From the NCBI GenBank assembly GCA_000998135.1, contig LCCV01000001.1:72958-136957 (forward strand): a stretch of DNA of 64,000 nt, read 5' to 3'. The notes beneath the pieces are model-generated. The model was not told the origin of the DNA, did not search any database, and saw nothing but the letters and a program-made list of their open reading frames with translations. The translations under genes were made by a program, and so were the position numbers. The stretch is from Parcubacteria group bacterium GW2011_GWA2_42_14. GTDB taxonomy: Bacteria; Patescibacteriota; Minisyncoccia; Sungbacterales; GWA2-42-14. The first letter of the stretch is position 1. Each line of letters begins with the position of its first letter. Positions 44,548 to 53,172 of the stretch are shown here, in pieces.

Positions 44548-45690
44548 ATGGATTACAACCCAGCCATACAACTCCTTAAAAAAAGCCGCTTTATAGGAAT
44601 AGCGGTTTATGAAAGGGGGGGAGGAGATGAAATGGGTTCGGCTTTGGCTATTGCTTCCATCCTTAAAAAAGCCGGCAAAACCGTTAGTTTTCTCTTTTCC
44701 GGCGTTATTGAAGAAAAATGGAAAGCTTTATTCATGGCGCCAAACACCTTGCCAATGGCAGAACCGCAAAACAACAACGAACATATTCACGATTTTATTA
44801 TTGCCATAAACTCCAAAGAATCGCCGGTCGGAGAAATAAAATATGAAATGAAGCAAAATAATGAGCTTTTTATAATTCTTTCGCCTCAAAAAACATCCAT
44901 TAAAAAAGAACATGTTAAATTCATAGAGGACATTCCGGCTTATGATTGCCTCATATCCATTGGAATCGAGAGTCCGGAACATTTTGGCAAAGAATTCGAA
45001 GAAAATCCCCTTCTTTTTTATGAAAAACCAATTATCAACATTGATACTTCTCCCCGAAATGAACATTTCGGAGAAATTAATCTCGTAGATATAACCAAAA
45101 GCTCTAACGCTGAGATTACCTACGAACTATTTGATAATCTAGCCGGGGAAAAAATCGGACCGCTCGAGGCCACAAGAATCCTTGCCGGAATCATAGAAAA
45201 AACTGACAACTTCAAAAACCATAAAACAACGCCCCGTGTTCTTGAAATCGCTTCCTTCCTTATGGAAGCCGGGGCAGACAAAGAATCGATTATAAAAATA
45301 CTTTATAAAACAAGGCCTCTTAATTTGCTTCAGCTTTGGGGCAGAGCATCCATTCGTTCACGGTTTGACGCTCAAACAGGAATTCTATGGACATTTCTAC
45401 CTAAAGACGACTTTGAAAAAACAGGAACCAAAACCCAGGATATCCATTTTGTGATTGAGCACATGAAAGAGTATTTTAAAAGCCCGAAAATTCACGCGCT
45501 TCTTTTTGAAAACCCGAGGAAAAACCACGTCAGAGCAATTATAAAATCCGAACCGGAAACAATTAAAGAAGTCGCCGCCAAAGAGCCCGGCGAAGAAAAA
45601 AACGGCGTTTTGTTCCTTAAAAATGGTTTTACAAGTTTCCCGGAAGCGGAAAACTATGTTGATAACATTCTAAAGAGGTTGGAAACATAA
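44548..45690 (+). CDS. DHH-family phosphoesterase-like protein (degenerate motifs)
   Basis: GDEMGSALA, PIINID(TS), NEHFGEINLVD and GIIEKTDNF motifs. Confidence 0.8.
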   Translation: MDYNPAIQLLKKSRFIGIAVYERGGGDEMGSALAIASILKKAGKTVSFLFSGVIEEKWKALFMAPNTLPMAEPQNNNEHIHDFIIAINSKESPVGEIKYEMKQNNELFIILSPQKTSIKKEHVKFIEDIPAYDCLISIGIESPEHFGKEFEENPLLFYEKPIINIDTSPRNEHFGEINLVDITKSSNAEITYELFDNLAGEKIGPLEATRILAGIIEKTDNFKNHKTTPRVLEIASFLMEAGADKESIIKILYKTRPLNLLQLWGRASIRSRFDAQTGILWTFLPKDDFEKTGTKTQDIHFVIEHMKEYFKSPKIHALLFENPRKNHVRAIIKSEPETIKEVAAKEPGEEKNGVLFLKNGFTSFPEAENYVDNILKRLET

Positions 45691-45799
45691 AATGGTATAA
45701 TAAAAGCGACCCCAATATACAAATTACACTCGAATGGCTCGAATAAACTAAACCGGTATTAGAGTCATTCGGGTGAATTAGAGTATTAGAGTCGCCCTT

Positions 45800-47461
45800 A
45801 TGGTAACTTTTGAAGAATCAAAACAACAAAAAAAACTGGGGGAAATCAGAAAAAAAGAAGAAGAAGATACGATAAAAATTATCGCAACCAAATACAAACT
45901 GCCCTATCAAAATCTTCTTACGATTCCCGTTGACATCGATGCTTTAAGAATCGTACCCATAGAAGACGCTAAGGCGGGAGGACTTGCCGTGGTGCAGCGC
46001 GTAGGCAAAAATCTCCAGATTGCGGTAAGAAACCCGACTAAAAACGAAACTAAAAAAATTTTGGAAGACCTGACGCGCCAGCGCTTCACTTATACTCTTT
46101 TTATGGTTTCCGGACAAGGACTGGAACATGCATGGGAAATGTATAAACAGATTCCAAAAGAGCTTGTGGTTATCGAGGGGGAAATAAAAATTTCCGAAGC
46201 AAAAATAGAAGAATTCGAAAAAAACATCCGGTCATTTGAGGCCATCAGCAAACTTCTTGAATACGTTTCGGAAAAATCAATTACCGAAGCACTGGAAATC
46301 ATTATCGGAGGATCATTAGCTATTGATGCTTCCGACGTACACGTCGAGCCCCAGCCGGAAGGGGCGCGGCTCCGCTATCGCCTTGACGGAACATTGCACG
46401 ACCTGACAATTATCACCAAGACCATGTATAAATTTATTCTGTCAAGGATTAAGCTCACTTCCGGCCTTAAAATCAACGTACATAACCAGGGACAGGACGG
46501 ACGATTTACCATAAAAATGCGGGAAGCAGAAGTGGAAGTTCGCACCTCCACCCTGCCCGGACCTTACGGAGAAAATATCGTTCTTAGAATTCTGAACCCG
46601 AAAACCATTTCGCTTGAACTCGAAAATCTCGGCATGCAGCCCTGGGTTGAAGAACAAATGGCCGAAGAGATTGCCAAGCCAAACGGAATGATTTTAACCA
46701 CCGGCCCCACCGGCTCTGGCAAAACCACAACGCTTTACGCCTTCTTAAAAAAAGTTCACAACCCGGAAATCAAAATCATAACGCTCGAAGACCCGATTGA
46801 GTATCACCTAAAAGGCGTCGAGCAAACACAAATTGACGCCAAGCGCGGATATGACTTCGCCTCCGGGTTGCGCTCAATTCTGCGACAAGACCCTGACGTA
46901 ATACTTTTAGGAGAGATACGGGATATTGAAACGGCGGAAACTTCAATGCACGCGGCACTTACCGGACACTTGGTATTTTCCACCATACACACGAACAACG
47001 CCGCAGGAACAATACCGCGCCTTATTGACATAGGCGTAAGACCAAATATCATTGCCCCGGCCATAAATGTTGTTATGGCCCAACGACTTCTCCGGAAACT
47101 TTGCGTCGCCTGCAAAAAAGAACATTCGCTTAGCGCGGCAGAACTAAAATTGACCAAGGAAGAAATAGAAAATCTCCCAGAAAATATTAAAAAACCGGAC
47201 ATTAAAAGCGCGAAAATTTATGAACCGAGCATCGCTGGATGCGAACGATGCCGAAATACTGGCTATAAGGGCCGTATCGGCGTTTTTGAGATATTTTTAA
47301 TAAACGACAGCGTCGAGGGATTAATATTAGCTTCTCCTTCAGTAAGCGAAATTAAAAAAGCCATGTTTGACCAAGGACAAATCACCATAAAACAAGACGG
47401 GACATTGAAAGTATTGGCGGGAATAACGGATTTTGAGGAACTGAAGAAAGTAGTCGGATAA
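45800..47461 (+). CDS. GspE/PilB-family type IV pilus assembly ATPase
   Basis: ASDVHVEP, QDGR, GPTGSGKTT, LRQDPDVI, TGHLVFSTIH and GYKGR motifs. Confidence 0.93.
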   Translation: MVTFEESKQQKKLGEIRKKEEEDTIKIIATKYKLPYQNLLTIPVDIDALRIVPIEDAKAGGLAVVQRVGKNLQIAVRNPTKNETKKILEDLTRQRFTYTLFMVSGQGLEHAWEMYKQIPKELVVIEGEIKISEAKIEEFEKNIRSFEAISKLLEYVSEKSITEALEIIIGGSLAIDASDVHVEPQPEGARLRYRLDGTLHDLTIITKTMYKFILSRIKLTSGLKINVHNQGQDGRFTIKMREAEVEVRTSTLPGPYGENIVLRILNPKTISLELENLGMQPWVEEQMAEEIAKPNGMILTTGPTGSGKTTTLYAFLKKVHNPEIKIITLEDPIEYHLKGVEQTQIDAKRGYDFASGLRSILRQDPDVILLGEIRDIETAETSMHAALTGHLVFSTIHTNNAAGTIPRLIDIGVRPNIIAPAINVVMAQRLLRKLCVACKKEHSLSAAELKLTKEEIENLPENIKKPDIKSAKIYEPSIAGCERCRNTGYKGRIGVFEIFLINDSVEGLILASPSVSEIKKAMFDQGQITIKQDGTLKVLAGITDFEELKKVVG

Positions 47462-47549
47462 TCGCTAATCAGTCGCGAATTACTTCGCGAATGCCTGTGG
47501 CGAGCTTGTCGAACCATTCGCGAAAAAAATTCGAGATTGATTAGAGATA

Positions 47550-47869
47550 TAAAAAATCGCCTCCTAAAGCTGTGGGCAATTACTCCGGTTTGGGAACGCG
47601 GAGGTCAGGATTTTAGCGTGAAATAAACCAGTCGTAACCGGTTTACCCAACGTTGAAAAACCCCCATTAAGGCTAAAAGGTATTTAAAACCTTAATTGCC
47701 CACAGCCTTAGGAGACGAGTTTATTAGACGCCATGTTAGACGCCCTTTTGGCGTTATAATGGCGTATGAAATTCCCCAATTAGGGATTTCTGGCGTACCA
47801 ATTGGCTTCTATCAAATAGAAAGAGGCCCTCCCCGGCCCCCCCTTATAACGCTTTAAAATTGCTATTGT
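47550..47869 (-). ncRNA. Candidate structured ncRNA of about 320 nt
   Basis: Perfect promoter at 47876-47904, stacked hairpins, long closing stem followed by a U-run, no credible ORF. Confidence 0.55.
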
Positions 47870-47875
47870 GGTATG

Positions 47876-47904
47876 ATTATAGCAAAGTCATTATTTAATG
47901 TCAA
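47876..47904 (-). promoter_or_regulatory. Consensus extended -10 sigma70 promoter
   Basis: TTGACA-17nt-TATAAT with TG extension. Confidence 0.85.
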
Positions 47905-47970
47905 TAGCCGCCATAACTTACAACCTATAACGCTAAAATGTTGTTGGTGGTTGGTTGTTGATAATTGGTT

Positions 47971-48975
47971 ATGATAACCGCCCCCAAGCAAAAAAATGAA
48001 GACAAAAATCTTGATTTAACCCTTCGCCCCCAGAAGTGGGATGAATATATTGGCCAAAAAAATATCAAGGACAATTTAAAAATTCTGATACAGGCCGCTG
48101 CGCAAAGGGGCCAGCCGATTGAACATGTCCTTTTATACGGTCCGGCCGGACTCGGGAAAACATCGCTTGCCCATTTAATCGCGCGGGAAATGAATACCAA
48201 CATCCGGGTAACATCCGGCCCCGCGATTGAACGCGTAGGAGATCTTGCTTCCATCCTTACCAATCTTATGCCCAACGACATTTTATTCGTTGATGAGGCA
48301 CATCGGCTTAATAAAATGATTGAGGAGGTGCTTTATCCGGCAATGGAATCACGCACTCTTGATATAATCATCGGCAAAGGGCCTTCGGCTAAAACAATCC
48401 AGCTTGACCTTCCGCCGTTTACCCTTATTGCGGCAACGACAAGAATAGGACTTTTATCGGGCCCGCTTCGTTCCAGATTCGGAGGAATATTCCGCCTGGA
48501 TTTTTACAAGGAAGAGGATATCCAAAAAATTCTTGAGCGCTCCGCTTCCCTTCTTAGAATTACGCTTGAGCCGGAGGCAAAAAAATTAATTGCCAAATCC
48601 TCCAGATTCACTCCACGGGTCGCCAACCGCCTTTTAAAAAGAGTGCGCGATTGGGCAGAAGTTCACGGCACCGGCGTTATTACGACTGAAGCCGCGAATA
48701 AAGCCTTGGCCTTACTCGAGATTGACGAACAAGGGCTTGAGCCCACGGACAGAAAAATAATTGACGCCATCATTAAAAAGTTCCATGGAGGACCGGTAGG
48801 ACTTCAGGCCCTGGCCGCGGCCACATCCGAAGAGGAAGAAACCATTATTGAGGTTTATGAACCGTATTTAATGCAAATCGGCTTTATAGAAAGAACCCCG
48901 CGGGGACGAGTCGCAACCCATATGGCCTATAACCACTTAGGACTTGTGCCGCCGGCGCAAGGACAGTTAGTATAA
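47971..48975 (+). CDS. ruvB: Holliday junction DNA helicase RuvB
   Basis: [24 protein letters not shown] and RTPRGR motifs. Confidence 0.97.
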   Translation: MITAPKQKNEDKNLDLTLRPQKWDEYIGQKNIKDNLKILIQAAAQRGQPIEHVLLYGPAGLGKTSLAHLIAREMNTNIRVTSGPAIERVGDLASILTNLMPNDILFVDEAHRLNKMIEEVLYPAMESRTLDIIIGKGPSAKTIQLDLPPFTLIAATTRIGLLSGPLRSRFGGIFRLDFYKEEDIQKILERSASLLRITLEPEAKKLIAKSSRFTPRVANRLLKRVRDWAEVHGTGVITTEAANKALALLEIDEQGLEPTDRKIIDAIIKKFHGGPVGLQALAAATSEEEETIIEVYEPYLMQIGFIERTPRGRVATHMAYNHLGLVPPAQGQLV

Positions 48976-49104
48976 AAAATCCAAAATCCAAAGCACTGAA
49001 TCCCGAATAATATCAAAATCACAATAACCGAAAGGCGGGTTTTGAATTTTGAAAATTGGAGCTTATTTGGGATTTGGGATTTTGAAATTGGGATTTTAAC
49101 AAAA

Positions 49105-49299
49105 ATGTTTTACATTTTTCTCTCTATCTTTATTGCATTTACCGCTATCTGGGGTTTTTTCGCCACCTCCACCATTTATCACCTTAAACAATATTCTTTA
49201 CCCGGCTGGAGCGCTTACAAATTAGCCATGCCGACCTTTTTCCTGATATCCGCGGCTTTCTTTGGTTTCGCGGTTTATTTTTTGTTTCAAATTTCCTAA
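49105..49299 (+). CDS. Small 2-TM membrane protein
   Basis: MFYIFLSIF..IYHLKQYS; the ORF-track extension is repeat-derived. Confidence 0.7.
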   Translation: MFYIFLSIFIAFTAIWGFFATSTIYHLKQYSLPGWSAYKLAMPTFFLISAAFFGFAVYFLFQIS

Positions 49300-49469
49300 G
49301 CAATGATGCCAATGCAATGCGAATTTAATGCGAACCTGGCGAATTGCGAATAACTATTCTTCAAACCGAGCTGAGAAGTTCACCTATTCGATAAACTCAG
49401 AACAGATATTAATGTAAAGTTCTCGACAAGCTCGAACAGTATTCGTAATTTGTAGATTAGCATCACAGC

Positions 49470-50003
49470 ATGATTAAACTAAATCCTGATGAAAAAATTT
49501 TAATGGTTATACGGCGTCACTGGTTCGTTATGGTCGGACCGGTGGTTCTTTTGATTATTTTGCTTGTTTTTCCTTCTATTTTTTTAACTACAGTTCCCTA
49601 TTTTTATCCGGCCCTAAACAATAGTCCAGAAATTCAACCAATGATTAATTTTTCTCTGGCTCTTTACATTTTAACCGTTATCCTGTATCTATTTATCTGG
49701 TGGTCTGACTATTATCTTGATATCTGGATAATAACCAATAAAAGATTGGTTGATATTGAACAAAAAGGGCTATTCAACAGGCACATTTCCGAAATGAATG
49801 TAGAAAATATTCAAAACGTCACATTGCAAATTGAAGGTCTAATTCCGACACTTCTTAAATTCGGCAACCTGCTGGTGGAAACGGCCGGAGAGGGACAGTT
49901 TAAAATAAAAGACGCGCCGAATTTGTATGAGGCAAAAGATTTACTTTTGAGATTTTCAAACCACCATACCAACCAACAACCCACAACCAACAACCCACAA
50001 TAG
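49470..50003 (+). CDS. Bacterial PH-domain membrane protein
   Basis: RRHW, WIITNKRLVDIEQKGLF and FGNLLVETAG motifs. Confidence 0.85.
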   Translation: MIKLNPDEKILMVIRRHWFVMVGPVVLLIILLVFPSIFLTTVPYFYPALNNSPEIQPMINFSLALYILTVILYLFIWWSDYYLDIWIITNKRLVDIEQKGLFNRHISEMNVENIQNVTLQIEGLIPTLLKFGNLLVETAGEGQFKIKDAPNLYEAKDLLLRFSNHHTNQQPTTNNPQ

Positions 50004-50043
50004 GTGTTATAAGTTATTAGTTGTAAGTTGTAAGTTATGAGGA

Positions 50044-50787
50044 ATGTCCGGACATTCTAAATGGGCGCAAATAAAACACAAAAAGGCCTTGACCGACGCC
50101 AAGAAGGGAAAGGCCTTTTCCAAAATATCCAGAATGATTACGGTCGCGGTAAAAGAAAAACAAAACCGCGACCCCTCGACCAATTCCAAATTAAGAACCG
50201 CTATTGAAAAAGCAAGATCTCTTGGTATGCCCGGAGAAAACGTGGAACGGGCAATGGCCAAAGGACTTGGCGAAGGAAAAGAAGGAGAAGGGCTCAAAGA
50301 AGTTTTGTATGAAGCTTTCGGCCCTGAGGGAACAGCATTGATAATTGCCGGCATTACCGACAACAAAAACAGGACAACCGCAGAAATAAAACACCTTCTT
50401 TCCGAACACGGCGGGCGCTTGTCCGAAAAAGGAAGCGTGGAGTGGATGTTTAACCATGTCGCGGCATTTGATTTTAACGCGAAGGACTTCTTAAAAACAG
50501 AAGAGGCTGAGCTTTTTCTAATTGATGCCGGAGCAGAAGACATTTCTAAAAACGATTCATTAATGACGGCTTACGTATCCCCGCAATCATCAGATATTTT
50601 TAGAAAAAAACTTGAGGCCAAATCCATAAAACCCAAAGAAGAATATTTTGACTATATGCCCAAAAACAAACTCTCTTTATTAAATGAGGAAACAAAGCAA
50701 AAGGTAATCGGCCTTATGGATGCCCTGGATGATAATGATGACGTGCAGGAGGTTTATACCAACATAGAGATAGAACATGAAACCTGA
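50044..50787 (+). CDS. yebC: YebC/PmpR family protein
   Basis: MSGHSKWAQIKHKK, TDNKNRT and DDVQEVYTN motifs. Confidence 0.95.
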   Translation: MSGHSKWAQIKHKKALTDAKKGKAFSKISRMITVAVKEKQNRDPSTNSKLRTAIEKARSLGMPGENVERAMAKGLGEGKEGEGLKEVLYEAFGPEGTALIIAGITDNKNRTTAEIKHLLSEHGGRLSEKGSVEWMFNHVAAFDFNAKDFLKTEEAELFLIDAGAEDISKNDSLMTAYVSPQSSDIFRKKLEAKSIKPKEEYFDYMPKNKLSLLNEETKQKVIGLMDALDDNDDVQEVYTNIEIEHET

Positions 50788-50848
50788 ATCATGTAACATG
50801 ATAGTTAAAAATTGTGTTTCCTGGTTCATGATTTATGATTCATGATTC

Positions 50849-51328
50849 ATGATTATTTTAGGAGTTGACCCCGGAACCACTACTGTAGGTTACTGCCTCT
50901 TGCAAAAAAACGGCAGAGCTCTTAAATTGGTTGAAGCCGGCGCGATTAAAACGGTGCCCAAATCGGAACAAGCGGAAAAAATCCTTATAATCTCCAATAA
51001 ATTGAAGGAAATAATAGATATCCACAGGCCAAGTATTTTAGCTATTGAAAAGGTCTTCTTTTTTAAGAATAATAAGACAGCGATGTCGGTTGCCGAAGCC
51101 AAAGGAGCCATACTCTTGACAGCCAAAAATTTAGGCCTTAAAGTGTATGAATACACGCCCCTTGAAGTAAAAATGGCTCTAACCGGCTACGGAAGAGCGG
51201 ACAAAAAACAGGTTGAATATATGGTTAAAAACGTCCTTAAGCTCGAAACAGCGCCCAAACTTGATGACATAACCGACGCTATGGCCATAGCCATTACTTG
51301 CGCCAATAGTATTGCCAATTTGCAGTAA
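50849..51328 (+). CDS. ruvC: Crossover junction endodeoxyribonuclease RuvC
   Basis: ILGVDPG, EYTPLEVK, GYGRADK and DDITDAMAIA motifs. Confidence 0.96.
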   Translation: MIILGVDPGTTTVGYCLLQKNGRALKLVEAGAIKTVPKSEQAEKILIISNKLKEIIDIHRPSILAIEKVFFFKNNKTAMSVAEAKGAILLTAKNLGLKVYEYTPLEVKMALTGYGRADKKQVEYMVKNVLKLETAPKLDDITDAMAIAITCANSIANLQ

Positions 51329-51340
51329 AAAATAACAGTG

Positions 51341-51507
51341 CCCCGCACCAATTTCAGCCATGATTAACAATTACATTGCTTTTGCCCGAATCGCCTGCGG
51401 CTTACACCAATTTATTCAAACAACATCTTAAAATTGGTGAGGGGTTCTCATAATTTTAACTAAATTTTGTTCGCCTCTTGGCTCCAAAATTTAGAAAATT
51501 ATGGAAA
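51341..51507 (+). mobile_element. Composite hairpin element A+B, copy 3
   Basis: A = 51341-51444, CCCCGCACCAATTT..AAATTGGTGAGGGG with ATCGCCTGCGGCTTACA; B = 51445-51507. Confidence 0.7.
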
Positions 51508-51558
51508 AAGGTCGATAAGAATATTTAAATATTATAGATTTAAATATTTCATTCAAAT

Positions 51559-51687
51559 ATGTACTACAATACATTTAACCAAGGAGATGATGACTTAAAC
51601 GAAAACGTTGACGACGACAAGCTTGATGATGAAGAGGATCCGGAAAAGGATGAGGAAGATTTTGGATTGGAGTCGGAAGACGAATAA
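51559..51687 (+). CDS. 42-aa highly acidic peptide
   Basis: Not in ORF track; MYYNTFNQGDDDLNENVDDDKLDDEEDPEKDEEDFGLESEDE, followed by terminator hairpin 51701-51738. Confidence 0.65.
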   Translation: MYYNTFNQGDDDLNENVDDDKLDDEEDPEKDEEDFGLESEDE

Positions 51688-51756
51688 CAGATGAAACTAA
51701 TAAAATGCCCCTCCGCATGTATGCGGATGGGCATTTTAATTTGCTTATTTGGACAT

Positions 51757-52956
51757 TCAAAGCACCCGCACGAACTTTTTCTTGCCAACTTTTAAAACTT
51801 GCCCGCTTGAGGGTGCTACGACAAATTTCGGATCTTTTCTCGTCTTTCCATCAATATCAATCGCGCCCGCCAAAACCAATCTCCGCGCCTCTGCCTTTGA
51901 CTTGGCTAAACCTTGTGAAAAAATAAATTCCACCAATACCGTGTTTCCTTTTATCCTAACCCCGGGAACACCGGAATCTTTGATGCTTTTTTCAGAAAAT
52001 CTTTTTACAAATTCTTGTTCGGCAAGCTTTGCTTTTTCTTCTCCGTAAAACTTCTTTACAATTTCAAAAGCAACGCGAGCTTTTGCAATCCTCGGCCCTA
52101 AGGCCATAATCTTGTCCTTTTCAACAAGAGGAATTCTTGTATTATTGATAAAAAACAGTTCAATCATTTCGTCCGGCTGGGCCATAATCGCGCCGAACAT
52201 TTCGTTTGGCGGAGAAGATAAAAGTACTCCAGTTCCTTTGCTTTTTGACATTAACTCGCCGGTTTTCGGATTAGCCATTAAATTCACAACAATGATAAAC
52301 TTATCTTTATTTTTCAGCCGTTTCATCAGCGTGCGCCCGGCTAAAGCGTTAAATATCTGATCCGTACCGCACAATTCAATATCAACATCTATTGCTACGC
52401 TGTCATATCCCTGCATAAGCGGATATAAAAATTCGTGCAAATAAATTGGGATATTACTCTCCAGCCGTTTTTCAAACATATCCCGCTCAATCATTTGCTG
52501 AACAGTAAAATGCGCGGCCAGGAAAATAACATCTTTCAAAGATAATTTTGAAAGCCACTCGCTGTTAAAAAGGATGCGTGGCGGATTTTCCTTATTATCA
52601 AAATCCATTAAAGGTTTAATTTGGGAAATCCAGCCCTTAACATTTTCTTTTACCTGTTTCTCGCTTAACTGCGGCCTGGTATCACTCCTGTTGGCTGGGT
52701 CTCCAATTTGAGCCGTTAAGTCGCCGAAGAGGATAAATACTTCGTGCCCAAGCTGACGCAACTCCTCAAGAAGCATGTAGTTCTTTGCGTGACTCAAATG
52801 GAGAGCGCTTGAGGTCGGATCAGCGCCAATATAAATTTTCAGCCTCTCACCAGATAATAAACGACTAAACAACTCTTCTTTGGTAGGAATAACATCGACC
52901 ACAATGCCGCGATTGAAAATTCTATCTATTAAATTTTTATCAGTAATGATTTTCAT
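51757..52956 (-). CDS. tyrS: Tyrosine--tRNA ligase
   Basis: GADPT..LHLSH, YPLMQGYD, GTDQ and MSKS motifs; C-terminal S4 domain. Confidence 0.96.
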   Translation of the reverse strand: MKIITDKNLIDRIFNRGIVVDVIPTKEELFSRLLSGERLKIYIGADPTSSALHLSHAKNYMLLEELRQLGHEVFILFGDLTAQIGDPANRSDTRPQLSEKQVKENVKGWISQIKPLMDFDNKENPPRILFNSEWLSKLSLKDVIFLAAHFTVQQMIERDMFEKRLESNIPIYLHEFLYPLMQGYDSVAIDVDIELCGTDQIFNALAGRTLMKRLKNKDKFIIVVNLMANPKTGELMSKSKGTGVLLSSPPNEMFGAIMAQPDEMIELFFINNTRIPLVEKDKIMALGPRIAKARVAFEIVKKFYGEEKAKLAEQEFVKRFSEKSIKDSGVPGVRIKGNTVLVEFIFSQGLAKSKAEARRLVLAGAIDIDGKTRKDPKFVVAPSSGQVLKVGKKKFVRVL

Positions 52957-53172
52957 GTTTTAATTTAATTAAACCGCCCACTCTAACACTTTCAAATTCA
53001 ATTACTTCTTCGGCTCGCGCTTCCAAAAAACTTTTTAATTTTTAGATTCATAAAAACCGCGATAAAAGCTATCCTGATATACTATATTAAGCACCGACTA
53101 TTAAAAGCATACCATTTTATGAAAAACTACTCAATTGCGCTTTGGCATAAAAATTGCTATAAATAATAAATA

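Noticed and set aside
52960-53052. Possible remnant of a displaced tyrS N-terminus (FLEARAEEVIEFES)
   Set aside because: Too short and frameshifted to support without a search
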